A stretch of 64,000 nucleotides of DNA from Candidatus Latescibacterota bacterium (GCA_965203805.1 OZ241917.1:608001-672000); one strand, 5' to 3'; shown: positions 19,307 to 30,011, counted from the stretch's first letter. Program-made: numbers and translations. Notes: a model not told the origin generated them from the letters alone.

Positions 19307-20536
19307 ATGGTTCGGCTTCTGCTCCTCCTTCCGACAACGACCTATCGCACGCACGATTTCATGGCAGCGGCGGAAGCCCTCGAGATCGCCGTGGTCGTGG
19401 GGTCCGAACGCCGGCAGGCGCTTGCCGCTGAGACACCCGGGAGCACGCTGGTTCTGGATTTCGCAAGGCCGGCCGCGTCGGTCGAGCGGATTGTCGCCTT
19501 TGACAGGGAATACCCGGTCTGTACGGTGGTCGGGGTAGACGACGAGACCGTCGTGCTCGCCGCGATGGCCTGCAGCGCGCTCGGACTTCCGCACAATTCG
19601 GTGGCGTCTGTCCGGGCATCCCGATACAAACACATCATGCGCCGCATGCTTGCGAAAAAAGGCCTGCCCTCGCCGGGGTTCAGGCTTTTTTCGTGTTCAG
19701 AACGTCCGGAAGCCGCCGCCGCGACGGTCGACTACCCGTGCGTACTGAAACCCGTGTTTCTTTCTGCCAGCCGGGGTGTGATTCGGGCGGATAACGAAGC
19801 GGAATTCGTGGCGGCGTACCACCGCATTGCAGAGATGATTTCCGGATCTGCGCACAACACGCCGGAAGGCGGAGACTGTATTCTCGCGGAAGACTACATT
19901 CCCGGCCGGGAGGTAGCGCTGGAAGGATTGCTGGCAGAGGGCGTGTTGCAGACCCTGGCGTTGTTCGACAAGCCGGATCCCCTTCGCGGTCCGTATTTCG
20001 CCGAGACGCTGTACATCACGCCCTCGCGGCTGGCCGAATGCATCCAGGCGCAGATACGGGAAACCACGCAGCAGGCCGCACGCGCCCTGGGGCTGAGCGT
20101 GGGGCCGGTGCACGCGGAGCTTCGCTTGAACAGGCGAGGCGCTTACGTGGTGGAAATCGCCGCGCGGTCCATCGGCGGGCTTTGTTCGCGCGTTTTGTGC
20201 TTTGGCGCCGGCGCCTCGCTCGAGGAACTGATTCTGCGCCAGGCGAGCGGGTTGCCTCCAGGCGATTTGCGGATGGAAGACGGCGCGGGCGGCGTAATGA
20301 TGCTGCCGGTGCCGAAACGGGGCGTTCTGAGGTACGTGCGGGGGACGGAAGCGTCACGGCGCGTGCCCGGAATCATCGACGTCGCGGTCACGGTTCCTTT
20401 GGGTCAGCGCGTACAGCCGCTGCCCGAGGGAGACCGTTACCTGGGGTTCATCTTCGCACGCGCGAAGACACCCGCGGCCGCGGAAGCGGCGCTCAGGGAG
20501 GCCGGGGGTCTGCTCGATGTCGGGATTGAGGAATAG
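19307..20536 (+). CDS. ATP-grasp domain protein
   Basis: YPCVLKP...SASRGVIRA, EDYIPG.EVALEG, HAELR and EIAARSIGG. Confidence 0.9.
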   Translation: MVRLLLLLPTTTYRTHDFMAAAEALEIAVVVGSERRQALAAETPGSTLVLDFARPAASVERIVAFDREYPVCTVVGVDDETVVLAAMACSALGLPHNSVASVRASRYKHIMRRMLAKKGLPSPGFRLFSCSERPEAAAATVDYPCVLKPVFLSASRGVIRADNEAEFVAAYHRIAEMISGSAHNTPEGGDCILAEDYIPGREVALEGLLAEGVLQTLALFDKPDPLRGPYFAETLYITPSRLAECIQAQIRETTQQAARALGLSVGPVHAELRLNRRGAYVVEIAARSIGGLCSRVLCFGAGASLEELILRQASGLPPGDLRMEDGAGGVMMLPVPKRGVLRYVRGTEASRRVPGIIDVAVTVPLGQRVQPLPEGDRYLGFIFARAKTPAAAEAALREAGGLLDVGIEE

Positions 20537-20586
20537 AAAATCCGCAAACCGGTTGTCGCTCGGGTTTTTCTCTGCGACGCCTCGGA

Positions 20587-22014
20587 TTACACAAGAGCAA
20601 ACTGCTCTTCGGTGGGCTCCGCTCAGCAGTACCAGGGTTCGGTAAGGCGGGGAACGGGCCGGAGGGACGGCTCGAAATCCGGATTTCGAACTGAAGTCGG
20701 ACGATCCAGCCGTGTGTCGACAGTCGAGCGGATCCGGTGAAAGATCCGGCGCCGGGTGGCGTCCCGATTCTGAAGCCGCGTGACCAAAAGGGTGAGTTCG
20801 CGTTGAAGCCGGTCCAGACGGGCGTCGGGATGGGTCCACGGGTACGTCAGGTCTTCGTCCGAAAACGGCCCGACCAGGCCCCGGACCCGGGCAAGTTCCA
20901 GAAGTCTCGATCCCCGGGGAATGAGAAGCCGGATGGTCAGCTGCACCGGGGATACGTTTTCAACCAGGTCCAGTTCGGCGACGGTATCGAGGAAACCGGC
21001 GTACTGATCAGCGGTGGTCCAGGGTGTGAAGGGGATGAACGTGGGGTTCAATACCAGGCCGTACCGGCGGAAGAGTTGTACGACCTGGATGAAGTCGTCG
21101 GCCGTATGGCCCTTGTCCATCAGCGTGAGGACGCCGTCGTCGAGTGACTCCACGGCGGTCGTAACAATGGCGCACCCCGTCTTCCGCAGTACCGGAAGAA
21201 AACGGCGGTATTTCAGGAGGTGTTCGATCTTGACGGTAATATCGTACGTTAATTCGGGAAACCTCGCGTGGAGTTTCCGAATCAGGGGTACTGCGTGTCC
21301 GATGCCGTTGAAAAAGTCGGGGTCGCCAAACGTGATGTGCGTGGCCCCCTCGTCAACCTGTTTCGCGATGTCGTCCAGCACGACCTCCGCCTGAACGATG
21401 CGGAATCTGCCGTTGTATACGGGAACCACCGGGCAATGGCGGCAAAGGTGCTTGCAGCCCCGACTCGCCTCCGTATAGCCCACGGTCTTTTCCTTTCCGG
21501 CGCCCGTGGAGAGCCGCGCGTAATTTGAAAGGTCCGGCAGACCCGTTCGGTCGGGCGGAAGAAACCGCTGTCTGCCCAGAAAGACGACGGGTTCGGACCG
21601 GCAGTGCGAGTCCTCCGGGTTCGTCCTGAGCCGGTTGCAGAGACGAAGCAGGCCCGTTTCGAATTCCCCGCCGAGGACCGTCTGCGCGCCCAGACCGCGA
21701 AGGTAAGATTCATTGACCGGCGCGTACAGACCGTAGAAGCAGAGGTGGGCATCGGCGTTCAGGGCACGTACCTTCCCCACCAGGGGTACGGCCAGCCGCG
21801 TGGCGGTATGCATCGGGACGTAGAACGCCACCAGGTCTGCGGCGCGAACGGCCTCGTGCGGAAAACCGTCGATCGAGAGATCCGCGAGCACAACATCCAT
21901 TCCATGCGCCCGTAACCATGCGGCCGGCGATGCCAGACCGAATGGCTGACGCCCGAGTTCGTATGTCGAAACCAGAACGATCCTGAATGGAGGTGTCCGG
22001 ACAGTTGTTTGCAT
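20587..22014 (-). CDS. CUAEP-tail B12-binding radical SAM selenoprotein (TGA at 20625-20623 = Sec)
   Basis: CxxxCxxC motif (GCKHLCRHC) after a B12-binding-like N-domain. EPWYC-TGA reads on as AEPTEEQFALV-TAA, and a SECIS-like hairpin follows. Confidence 0.88.
20593..20609 (-). promoter_or_regulatory. Putative bacterial SECIS element of the radical SAM gene
   Basis: Stem AAGAGCA/TGCTCTT with loop GTT, 20 nt after the UGA. Confidence 0.7.
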
Positions 22015-22026
22015 GACCTCTTCAAT

Positions 22027-22090
22027 CGCCCAAAACGCAACGGCAGACGCGAGGGGAGACCCCCGGTCGTCTGCCGTTGCATTTTGGGCG
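22027..22090. repeat. Long intergenic inverted repeat between nfuA and the radical SAM gene
   Basis: CGCCCAAAACGCAACGGCAGACG ... CGTCTGCCGTTGCATTTTGGGCG (23-bp arms, 1 mismatch). Confidence 0.8.
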
Positions 22091-22093
22091 GTG

Positions 22094-22678
22094 TTATTTT
22101 GAGGCCTGGTAGTACGGGTTCTCGCCGTCCGCGTGTTCGGTAATGTCGAGAATCTCGTCGATTTCGGGCACGGCCTCCTTAATCAGAACCTCGACACCCT
22201 GTTTGAGTGTCACGTCGACCATACCGCAGCCCTGGCATCCGCCCCCGAACTGAATGTATGCTTTGTTGTCCTTCACGTCGATCAGTGAGATATGACCGCC
22301 GTGCATCGCCACGCTGGGATTGATCTTCTCGTCGATGATGTTCTGGATCTTCTCCGCGGCGGTGCCCTTAAGGTGCGGCGGTACCCTGTTGGGGTTCTCA
22401 ATTTTAAAGCCGCGGCCCATCAGGCTGTCCACAAAGTCCAGAGTGATGTCCTGCGCGTACGGGGCGCTTTCCGGATCGACGTAGATATTGAACCCGTCGA
22501 ATGGCGTGACCTCGTCCGCCTCCTCTTCCTGTCCGCGGGCAACGAACGCGAGCCGGTAGTTGGCCTGCAGCGGCGATACCGCTTCCGCCTTGACACGAAC
22601 CCCAACGATGGCCGACTCCTGGTTCCGGATCAGGTTGACGACCTCTTTCTGCGCGGCCTCTGTAACGGTGATGTTCAT
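22094..22678 (-). CDS. nfuA: Fe-S biogenesis protein NfuA
   Basis: Degenerate A-type N-domain plus NifU-C domain with HGG...GGCQGC, DITEH. Confidence 0.9.
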   Translation of the reverse strand: MNITVTEAAQKEVVNLIRNQESAIVGVRVKAEAVSPLQANYRLAFVARGQEEEADEVTPFDGFNIYVDPESAPYAQDITLDFVDSLMGRGFKIENPNRVPPHLKGTAAEKIQNIIDEKINPSVAMHGGHISLIDVKDNKAYIQFGGGCQGCGMVDVTLKQGVEVLIKEAVPEIDEILDITEHADGENPYYQASK

Positions 22679-22718
22679 ATCGACGTTCCCTTCAGAGAGA
22701 TGTGCGTTGCCAGGGCGG

Positions 22719-23213
22719 TCAGGATTCCAGCGCCGCTGTTGGCTTCGCAGGATGTTCCCGGTCGATTTTCTCCTGGATCTTCATCAGCGCGGACAGGAGA
22801 TCCTCGGGGCGGGGCGGACAGCCGGGCACGTAGATATCCACCGGCAGGAACTGGTCGACGCCCTGCACCAGGGTATACGTATTGAATACGCCCCCTGACG
22901 ATGCGCATGCGCCCATCGATATCACCCATTTCGGATCCGGCATCTGATCGTAAATCTTCTTGAGTACCGGCATCATCTTAATTGAAATCCGCCCGGATAC
23001 GATGAGCAGGTCGGACTGGCGGGGCGAAAACCGAACCGCTTCGGCGCCGAACCTGGCCATGTCGAAGCGCCCCGAAAGCGTGGCCATCATTTCGATGGCG
23101 CAGCAGGCCGTGCCGAACGGCATCGGCCAGAGGGATGACTTGCGCGCCCAGTTTATCATCTTGGACAGAGTGGTCGTGATAACATTGTCACCGAGTCCCG
23201 ACTCAAGTCCCAT
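22719..23213 (-). CDS. nuoB: NADH-quinone oxidoreductase subunit B paralog inside the suf operon
   Basis: [25 protein letters not shown] and PGCPPRPE; all four N2 Cys retained. Confidence 0.92.
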   Translation of the reverse strand: MGLESGLGDNVITTTLSKMINWARKSSLWPMPFGTACCAIEMMATLSGRFDMARFGAEAVRFSPRQSDLLIVSGRISIKMMPVLKKIYDQMPDPKWVISMGACASSGGVFNTYTLVQGVDQFLPVDIYVPGCPPRPEDLLSALMKIQEKIDREHPAKPTAALES

Positions 23214-23318
23214 TGGTCACCTCTGGCAGAATGGTTGGATTCGTTGCATTTGGTTGCCGTCGGCGGCATCGAGCCTACGGCACTCCCGCCACCCGCCCAA
23301 AAAAAACCGGGCAGGCTG

Positions 23319-23798
23319 TCAGTCAGATACCTGAATCAGCTCCTTCGTCACGTTTTGCAGACACGCATCCGTGTCCTGTTCTTCTCCCAGCAGGTCATTC
23401 AGGGTAACGCGGCTCAGCAACTGATCGATCACGGACTGTACCGACGTCCAGAGCGACCTGATCGAACAGTCGACGGAGTGCGTGCACAGTGCGACCTGGC
23501 CGGCGTGTTCGTCGCAGAATTCCGGACTGAAGAGGCGGCCGCCGAGCGCCGACAGAACATCGCCAACCACCACCAGGTCGGCCGGTTGTGCGAGTTTGTA
23601 CCCTCCCGACTGACCTCGAACGCTCTCCACGAATCCCCCGAGGCGCAAGAGGCGCATCAGCTTTGCGACATTGGGAACGGAAAGGCCCTCAATCCGGCTG
23701 ATCTCCGATATGGAGAGGCCGCCGCCGGTTTCTCTCTGCCGCCGGCCGATCTGAAGCAGGCACCGAAGCCCGTATTCTTCCCCGGCGCTCAATTTCAT
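23319..23798 (-). CDS. Rrf2 family transcriptional regulator (IscR-like, 3 Cys)
   Basis: EYGLRCL, wHTH SVRGQSGGYKL, C..(8)..C..(4)..C, LW...TL.DL. Confidence 0.9.
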   Translation of the reverse strand: MKLSAGEEYGLRCLLQIGRRQRETGGGLSISEISRIEGLSVPNVAKLMRLLRLGGFVESVRGQSGGYKLAQPADLVVVGDVLSALGGRLFSPEFCDEHAGQVALCTHSVDCSIRSLWTSVQSVIDQLLSRVTLNDLLGEEQDTDACLQNVTKELIQVSD

Positions 23799-23941
23799 AG
23801 CGCTATTGTATTCCTCTGTGCGGATTGGATGGCTGGACTGTTGCATCAGCCCGGTCAACGGCAGCAAGGATCCTTCGATGTCGCGAGCCGGGATTTTATT
23901 CTTGCGATGGAAGCGCGTCCTGGCGAGTCGCTGAAACCGGG

Positions 23942-24436
23942 CTACAGCAGTCCGAGTTCGAGCCTTGCGGCTTCGGACATCATTTCAGGGTTCCACGGCG
24001 GGTCGAAGGTCAGGTCCAGGTTGACGTCCCGAACGCCGTCGACCGATCGGGTGGCGCTTTCTACCTGTCCGGGAAGGATTCCGGCGGCCGGACAGGCGGG
24101 GGAGGTGAGGGTCATGCGGACGTACGTCATCCCGGTGGGTTCGACCTTGATGTCGTAAATGAGGCCGATATCGTAGATGTTGACCGGAATCTCCGGGTCG
24201 AATACCGTACGATGTGCGGCGATGATGTTCTCCCTGACGGCTTCGGTGTCTACCGGGCCGCCGGATTCGGCCGTTGTCTGCCGTTCTTCCGCTCGTCCGG
24301 CGGCGTGCGCTTCCAGCGCGCTTGTGTCGACGGGAATCGCATTGTCTTCCGCGCCTGCGTCCGGTACGCCTTCTCGAGCCGCGTCCTCGTCTTCCCTGTC
24401 GTTACTGTAGAGACGGTTCAGCAATCGGTCGAGCAA
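23942..24436 (-). CDS. sufT: SUF Fe-S assembly protein SufT (DUF59)
   Basis: DPEIPVNIYDIGLIY, MTLTSPACP, FDPPW. Confidence 0.9.
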   Translation of the reverse strand: MLDRLLNRLYSNDREDEDAAREGVPDAGAEDNAIPVDTSALEAHAAGRAEERQTTAESGGPVDTEAVRENIIAAHRTVFDPEIPVNIYDIGLIYDIKVEPTGMTYVRMTLTSPACPAAGILPGQVESATRSVDGVRDVNLDLTFDPPWNPEMMSEAARLELGLL

Positions 24437-24459
24437 AGCGAAATCCTCCTCATCTTCGA

Positions 24460-24912
24460 CTACTCGGTGGTTACCGGCTGGCTGTTGTTTTCAAGTGCGG
24501 CCAGCAGGGCGTGCCAGGCGAGGGTTGCGCATTTGATGCGCACGGGAAACTCGCGCACCCCGGTAAATACGGCCAGTTTACCGATACCGTCCGAATCGGG
24601 CCGGGACGAAACATCGCTGGTCACGATGTCGTGGAACTTACGGAATAACGACTCCGCTTCCCGGAGTGTCAGGCCCTTGACCGCATCGGTCATCAGGGAC
24701 GCCGACGCTTGCGAAATGGCGCATCCGGCGCCCTGAAAGGCGATATCCGCGATCCGGTCGCCCTCGAATTTGACAAAGACGTTCAGGCGATCGCCGCACA
24801 GCGGATTGTTGCCTTCGGACGTCCGGTCCGGATTGACCATGATCCGGAAATTTCGCGGACTCCTGTTGTGGTCCAGGATGACCTGCTGGTAGAGTTCCCG
24901 AAGATCGGACAT
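24460..24912 (-). CDS. sufU: SUF system NifU-family protein SufU
   Basis: LYQQVILDH, NPLCGD, GCAISQAS, RIKCATLAW. Confidence 0.93.
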   Translation of the reverse strand: MSDLRELYQQVILDHNRSPRNFRIMVNPDRTSEGNNPLCGDRLNVFVKFEGDRIADIAFQGAGCAISQASASLMTDAVKGLTLREAESLFRKFHDIVTSDVSSRPDSDGIGKLAVFTGVREFPVRIKCATLAWHALLAALENNSQPVTTE

Positions 24913-26192
24913 TAGCGAAAGACCTCACTGGCCGTATGCAACGCGCGCACAAGGGTGTCGATGTCTTCGCGCGTATTGTAGAACGCGGTGGCCGCTCGCG
25001 TCGTTGCGGGGATGTTGAAATGGCGCATGACGGGCTGAGCGCAGTGGTGTCCGGCACGGACCGCCACGCCTTGCAGGTCCACGATCGTGCCGACGTCGTG
25101 CGGGTGGACGCCATCCATCACAAAGGAAATGACGCTGACTTTCTCTTCCGCCGTGCCGACGATTCTCAAATCTGGAATCTCAGAAAGGGCGTCCGTGGCG
25201 TAGGAGAGCAGGTCGTTCTCGTATGCGGCGGCGGCTTCCAGGTCGACCCGGTTCAGATAGTCGATGGCGGCGCCCAGGCCGATACAACCTGCAATATGGG
25301 GCGTGCCGGCCTCGAATCGGGCTGGCGAATCGGCATAGGTGGTCTTTTCGAAAGTAACCTCGCAAATCATCCCCCCGCCTCCCCGGTAGGGCGGCATCGA
25401 AGCCAGCAGTTCGCTTCTTCCGTAAAGAACCCCAATGCCGGTCGGACCGTACAGCTTGTGCCCCGAAAAGGCGTAAAAGTCGCATCCCAACGCCTGAACG
25501 TCCACCTTGAAGTGCGGGACCGCCTGGGCGCCGTCGAGCAGAACGGTGATTCCCCGTTCGCGTGCGAGTTTCACGATGGCGGAGACTGGATTGCGGGTGC
25601 CGAGGACGTTGGAAACATGAACGACGGAAACGAGCTTCGTGCGCTCGTTCAACTGCCGTTCATACTCTTCAATCAGCAACTCTCCCCGGTCGTTCATGGG
25701 AATCACGCGCAGCGTTGCACCTTTTTCCTCGCAGAGCATCTGCCATGGCACGATATTCGAGTGGTGCTCCATGGCGGAAACGAGGATTTCGTCTCCCGAA
25801 TCCACATGCTCGCGTCCGAACGTCTGCGCAACCAGATTGATGCTGTCCGTCGTGCCGCTGGTGAATACGATTTCCCGGTCGTGGGCCGCGTTCAGAAACT
25901 GACGTACCTTGCCGCGCGCACCCTCGTAGGAATCCGTAGCAACCTGGCTGAGATAATGGACCCCGCGGTGCACGTTGGCATTTGCCGCTTCGTAGAAGAC
26001 TTCAAGCACGTCAAGTACATTCCTGGGCTTCTGGGTTGTCGCGGCATTGTCGAGGTAGACCAGCGGTTTATCCCGAACGGACTGGCCCAGAACCGGAAAA
26101 TCCCGGCGGATACGGTAGGGATCGAACGGACCCGCGCGCTCGACGGGCGGACTGGAGAGCCGTTCGGCGAGGACATGTGCGGACGGGCTCAT
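24912..26192 (-). CDS. sufS: Cysteine desulfurase SufS
   Basis: YLDNAATTQKP, SGHKLYGPTG, RAGHHCAQP. Confidence 0.95.
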   Translation of the reverse strand: MSPSAHVLAERLSSPPVERAGPFDPYRIRRDFPVLGQSVRDKPLVYLDNAATTQKPRNVLDVLEVFYEAANANVHRGVHYLSQVATDSYEGARGKVRQFLNAAHDREIVFTSGTTDSINLVAQTFGREHVDSGDEILVSAMEHHSNIVPWQMLCEEKGATLRVIPMNDRGELLIEEYERQLNERTKLVSVVHVSNVLGTRNPVSAIVKLARERGITVLLDGAQAVPHFKVDVQALGCDFYAFSGHKLYGPTGIGVLYGRSELLASMPPYRGGGGMICEVTFEKTTYADSPARFEAGTPHIAGCIGLGAAIDYLNRVDLEAAAAYENDLLSYATDALSEIPDLRIVGTAEEKVSVISFVMDGVHPHDVGTIVDLQGVAVRAGHHCAQPVMRHFNIPATTRAATAFYNTREDIDTLVRALHTASEVFR

Positions 26193-27514
26193 GTCAGATT
26201 CCCGGTGTCTCGCACCCGTTCGAATTTTTCCATGATAATCCGTTCCAGATAATTTCGGACGGGCACGGGCTTGACTCTGTTCAGGATGTCGATAGCGAAA
26301 GCGTGTACCAGGATACGCTGTGCGGTGCCGTAATTCAACCCGCGTGAGCGCAGGTAGAAGACTGCGTTCCGGTCGAGTTGCCCGATGGTCGCACCGTGCG
26401 AGCACTTGACCTGGTCGGCATAGATTTCGAGTTGGGGCTTGGTATTGATATCCGCATCGTCGGAGATGAGCAGGCTCTGGTTGCTCTGGTAGGCGTCGGT
26501 CTCCTGCGCCTTCTGGTGAACGTGTATCTTGCCGCGGAACACGCCGCTGGACCGGCCCCCGAGGATTCCTTTGTAGAGTTCGTGGCTGTTGCAATTCGGT
26601 TCGGCGTGTTCGATCAGGGTATGGTTGTCGATATGCTGCTCGCGGTCGGTCAGATAGAAGCCGTTGACCGTGGCTTCGCCGGCTTCACCCGCCAGCAGCG
26701 CGTTGACTTCGTTGCGCACCAGCTTGCCGCCGAGAGAAATGGCGTGCGTCGAGACGTCGCTCCGCGCGCCCTGCCGGCATTGCATGGTGGCGATATGAAA
26801 CGCCTCCGGGCTCTCGAGTTCCAGCTTGTAGTGGTCCACCATCGCGCTGTCGCCGGCGATTACTTCCGACACGGCGTTCGTGAAATAGGCGCCGCCGCCG
26901 GTATAGGTTTCGACGATGGTGGCCTGGCAGTTTTCTTCGGCCAGGACCAGCATGCGCGGGTGCGAAATGGAAGCCGCGTCTGAAGCGGATGAAACGAAAA
27001 TCACGTGGATAGGCGCCTCCACGGCGGTACCCCGAGGGATATATATGAAGGCGCCATCCTGCAGGAATGCGGTATTGAGGGCGACGAAAGGACGCTCTTC
27101 GTAGGCGGCGTGCCGTGCGATATGGTCTTCGACCCAATCGGGTTCGGTTGCCAATAGCTCCGCGAGACTGCCGGCGCGTACGCCGTCGGGAAGATTTCCG
27201 GTGCGTGAGTTTTCGGCGCTGAAGAATCCGTTGATGAAAACCAGGCGCGATGTCGCAAGATCCCGGATGGCGTCTTCCGTTTTCCAGACCCGTTGTGCAT
27301 CGGCATCCGTCGACGTGCGAAACGAAGTGCGGACCAGAGGTGCGACGTTTGTATGAAACCAGGCTTCGTCCCTCGTGCCCGGAAACCCGAGTTCCTCAAA
27401 TCGTCTGATTGCCGATCTGCGAAGTTCGTGCATGGGTGTCGCGGATCGGCCGTTCAGGCTTTCTTCAAGTGTGGCGAATGCCGTCAGGTAGGCGTGCATG
27501 CCCTTGTTGACCAT
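26189..27514 (-). CDS. sufD: Fe-S assembly protein SufD
   Basis: KPQLEIYADQVKCSHGATIG, FYLRSRG; an alternative start lies at 27538. Confidence 0.93.
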   Translation of the reverse strand: MVNKGMHAYLTAFATLEESLNGRSATPMHELRRSAIRRFEELGFPGTRDEAWFHTNVAPLVRTSFRTSTDADAQRVWKTEDAIRDLATSRLVFINGFFSAENSRTGNLPDGVRAGSLAELLATEPDWVEDHIARHAAYEERPFVALNTAFLQDGAFIYIPRGTAVEAPIHVIFVSSASDAASISHPRMLVLAEENCQATIVETYTGGGAYFTNAVSEVIAGDSAMVDHYKLELESPEAFHIATMQCRQGARSDVSTHAISLGGKLVRNEVNALLAGEAGEATVNGFYLTDREQHIDNHTLIEHAEPNCNSHELYKGILGGRSSGVFRGKIHVHQKAQETDAYQSNQSLLISDDADINTKPQLEIYADQVKCSHGATIGQLDRNAVFYLRSRGLNYGTAQRILVHAFAIDILNRVKPVPVRNYLERIIMEKFERVRDTGNLT

Positions 27515-27530
27515 GGTGCGGCTTCCTCTC

Positions 27531-28304
27531 TTAATCATCGGCGAGTCGGACCGCCGACTCTTCGCGAATCCAATCGTAGCCTTCGGCTTCCAGCTTCTGA
27601 GAGAGTTCCTTGCCGCCCGATTTGACGATACGGCCGTTCAGAAGGACATGCACGAAGTCGGGTACAATATAGTTCAGCAGCCGCTGATAGTGGGTGACAA
27701 CCAGGACCGCCCCTCCAGGAGACTTTCGGTGAAGCGTATTCACGCCGTTGGCCACGATTTTCAAGGCGTCGATGTCAAGCCCGGAATCCGTTTCGTCCAT
27801 AATGGCCAGCCTGGGTTCGAGCATGGCCATCTGGAAAATCTCGTTGCGTTTCTTCTCGCCACCGGAGAAGCCCTCGTTGACCGACCGGTTGAGAAAGGCC
27901 TCGTCCATTTCCACCAGTTTGAGCTTCTCCTTGGAAAGCGCAAGAAAATCCATCGCGTCGAGTTCTTCGTGGCCCCGTGCCTTGCGGAGTTCGTTGAGTG
28001 CCGTCCTGAGAAAATAGGCGCTGTTTACGCCGGGAATTTCCACGGGATATTGAAAGGCCATGAAGATGCCGGCCTGGGCGCGTTCTTCCGGGTCCAGTTC
28101 CAGCAGGTCTACGCCCTCGTAGTGTACCGAGCCCCGGGACACCTCGTACTCTTCCCGTCCGGCCAGTACCTGGGCAAGGGTGCTCTTGCCGGATCCGTTG
28201 GGACCCATTATGGCATGGATTTCGCCTGCTTTGATTCTCAGGTCGATACCGGAAAGGATGGGAGTGCCCTCGACGCTTGCGTGCAGGTCGTTGATTTCCA
28301 GCAT
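27531..28304 (-). CDS. sufC: Fe-S assembly ATPase SufC
   Basis: [38 protein letters not shown]. Confidence 0.96.
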   Translation of the reverse strand: MLEINDLHASVEGTPILSGIDLRIKAGEIHAIMGPNGSGKSTLAQVLAGREEYEVSRGSVHYEGVDLLELDPEERAQAGIFMAFQYPVEIPGVNSAYFLRTALNELRKARGHEELDAMDFLALSKEKLKLVEMDEAFLNRSVNEGFSGGEKKRNEIFQMAMLEPRLAIMDETDSGLDIDALKIVANGVNTLHRKSPGGAVLVVTHYQRLLNYIVPDFVHVLLNGRIVKSGGKELSQKLEAEGYDWIREESAVRLADD

Positions 28305-28429
28305 TCGCGTTCCTCTTTGAAGACTGTCCGTGTTACGGGGGTGAAGCGCGGTTTAACGGGTCGTTAATGCAGGCCTCGAGGGAAGCCTTGGATGCGTAAA
28401 CGGTTTCTCCGTTCGTCGCAGGATGCACA

Positions 28430-29896
28430 CTACCCGACGCTGCCTTCCAGGCTGATGCCGAGCAGCTTCTGCGCTTCAACGGCGAATTCCATGGGGAGTT
28501 CAGCCAGCACCTCCTTGCAGAAGCCGTTGACGATCATGGAGACGGCGTCTTCTGTGGAAATACCGCGCTGGTTGCAGTAGAAGATCTGATCTTCGCCGAT
28601 CTTGGAGGTGGAGGCTTCGTGCTCTACCTGCGAGGTGGTGTTCCTTACGTCGATGTAGGGGAAGGTGTGGGCCCCGCACTGGTCGCCGATGAGCATGGAG
28701 TCGCATTGCGTGAAGTTGCGGGCGTTCACTGCGCCCTTCAGAACCTGGACTCGCCCCCTGTAGGTGTTCTGACCGTTCTTCGCGGAAATGCCTTTCGATA
28801 CGATGGTGCTGCGCGTATTCTTCCCAAGGTGAATCATTTTGGTGCCCGTATCGGCCTGCTGGCGCCCGCTGGTTACGGCGACGGAGTAGAATTCTCCGAT
28901 GGAGTTATCGCCCTGGAGAATGCAACTGGGATATTTCCAGGTGATGGCCGACCCGGTTTCCACCTGCGTCCAGGAGATCTTGGCATTCGCGCCGCGGCAG
29001 GCGCCGCGTTTCGTTACGAAGTTGTAGATGCCGCCCACGCCGTTTTCGTCGCCGGGATACCAGTTCTGAACTGTTGAGTACTTGATCTGCGCGTCGTCCA
29101 GGGCGACCAGTTCCACAACGGCGGCGTGGAGCTGATTCTCGTCTCTCTGCGGGGCGGTGCAACCCTCGAGATACGATACGTAGGCGCCTTCTTCGGCGAT
29201 AATGAGCGTCCGTTCGAACTGGCCGGTATTGGCGGCGTTGATGCGGAAGTACGTGGACAGTTCCATCGGACACCGCACACCCCGGGGGATGTAGCAGAAA
29301 GAGCCGTCGGTAAAGACGGCGGAGTTGAGCGCGGCGAAAAAATTGTCGTTGTACGGCACGACGGAACCGAGATATTTCCTCACCAGTTCGGGGTGCTCGT
29401 GCACGGCTTCAGAAAACGAACAGAATATGACTCCCAGTTCGGAAAGTTTGTCCTTGAACGTGGTGGCCACTGAAACGCTGTCGAAAACCGCGTCGACCGC
29501 GACGCCGGCCAGCATCTTCTGCTCCTCGAGGGGGATGCCCAGCTTCTCGTACGTCCGCAGGATTTCAGGGTCTACCTCGTCGAGGCTCTGCAGCGTCTCC
29601 GCCTCCCTGGGCGCCGAGTAATAGATGATACTCTGGTAGTCGATGTCCGGATAGTCGACCATCGCCCACTGCCGGCATTGCTTGCGACGGGTCGGATCTT
29701 CCATCTTGAGCCAGTTGTGATAGGCTTTGAGCCGCCACTGCAACAACCAGTCGGGTTCGCGCTTCTTCCGGGAAATGAAGGCAATGATATCCTCGTTCAG
29801 ACCGGGTGGCGCGGCGTCCTGTTCGATGTCCGTTACGAAGCCGTATTTGTACTCTCTCGTCGCGAGTTCTTCGAGTTCCTGTACTTCGTCACCCAT
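28430..29896 (-). CDS. sufB: Fe-S assembly protein SufB
   Basis: [39 protein letters not shown]. Confidence 0.97.
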   Translation of the reverse strand: MGDEVQELEELATREYKYGFVTDIEQDAAPPGLNEDIIAFISRKKREPDWLLQWRLKAYHNWLKMEDPTRRKQCRQWAMVDYPDIDYQSIIYYSAPREAETLQSLDEVDPEILRTYEKLGIPLEEQKMLAGVAVDAVFDSVSVATTFKDKLSELGVIFCSFSEAVHEHPELVRKYLGSVVPYNDNFFAALNSAVFTDGSFCYIPRGVRCPMELSTYFRINAANTGQFERTLIIAEEGAYVSYLEGCTAPQRDENQLHAAVVELVALDDAQIKYSTVQNWYPGDENGVGGIYNFVTKRGACRGANAKISWTQVETGSAITWKYPSCILQGDNSIGEFYSVAVTSGRQQADTGTKMIHLGKNTRSTIVSKGISAKNGQNTYRGRVQVLKGAVNARNFTQCDSMLIGDQCGAHTFPYIDVRNTTSQVEHEASTSKIGEDQIFYCNQRGISTEDAVSMIVNGFCKEVLAELPMEFAVEAQKLLGISLEGSVG

Positions 29897-29982
29897 CGGG
29901 TGCTCCTTTCATTGGCTTGAAAGGGCATTAGTTTCGTTGCATTTTCTGTGACGTGACAATAAAGATTCCTGAACTTAACCGT

Positions 29983-30011
29983 AACATACCCAATCCGCAT
30001 CCATGTGTCAA
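29983..30011 (-). promoter_or_regulatory. Putative sigma70 promoter of the suf operon
   Basis: TTGACA-N17-TATGTT on the minus strand in an AT-rich intergenic region. Confidence 0.55.
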
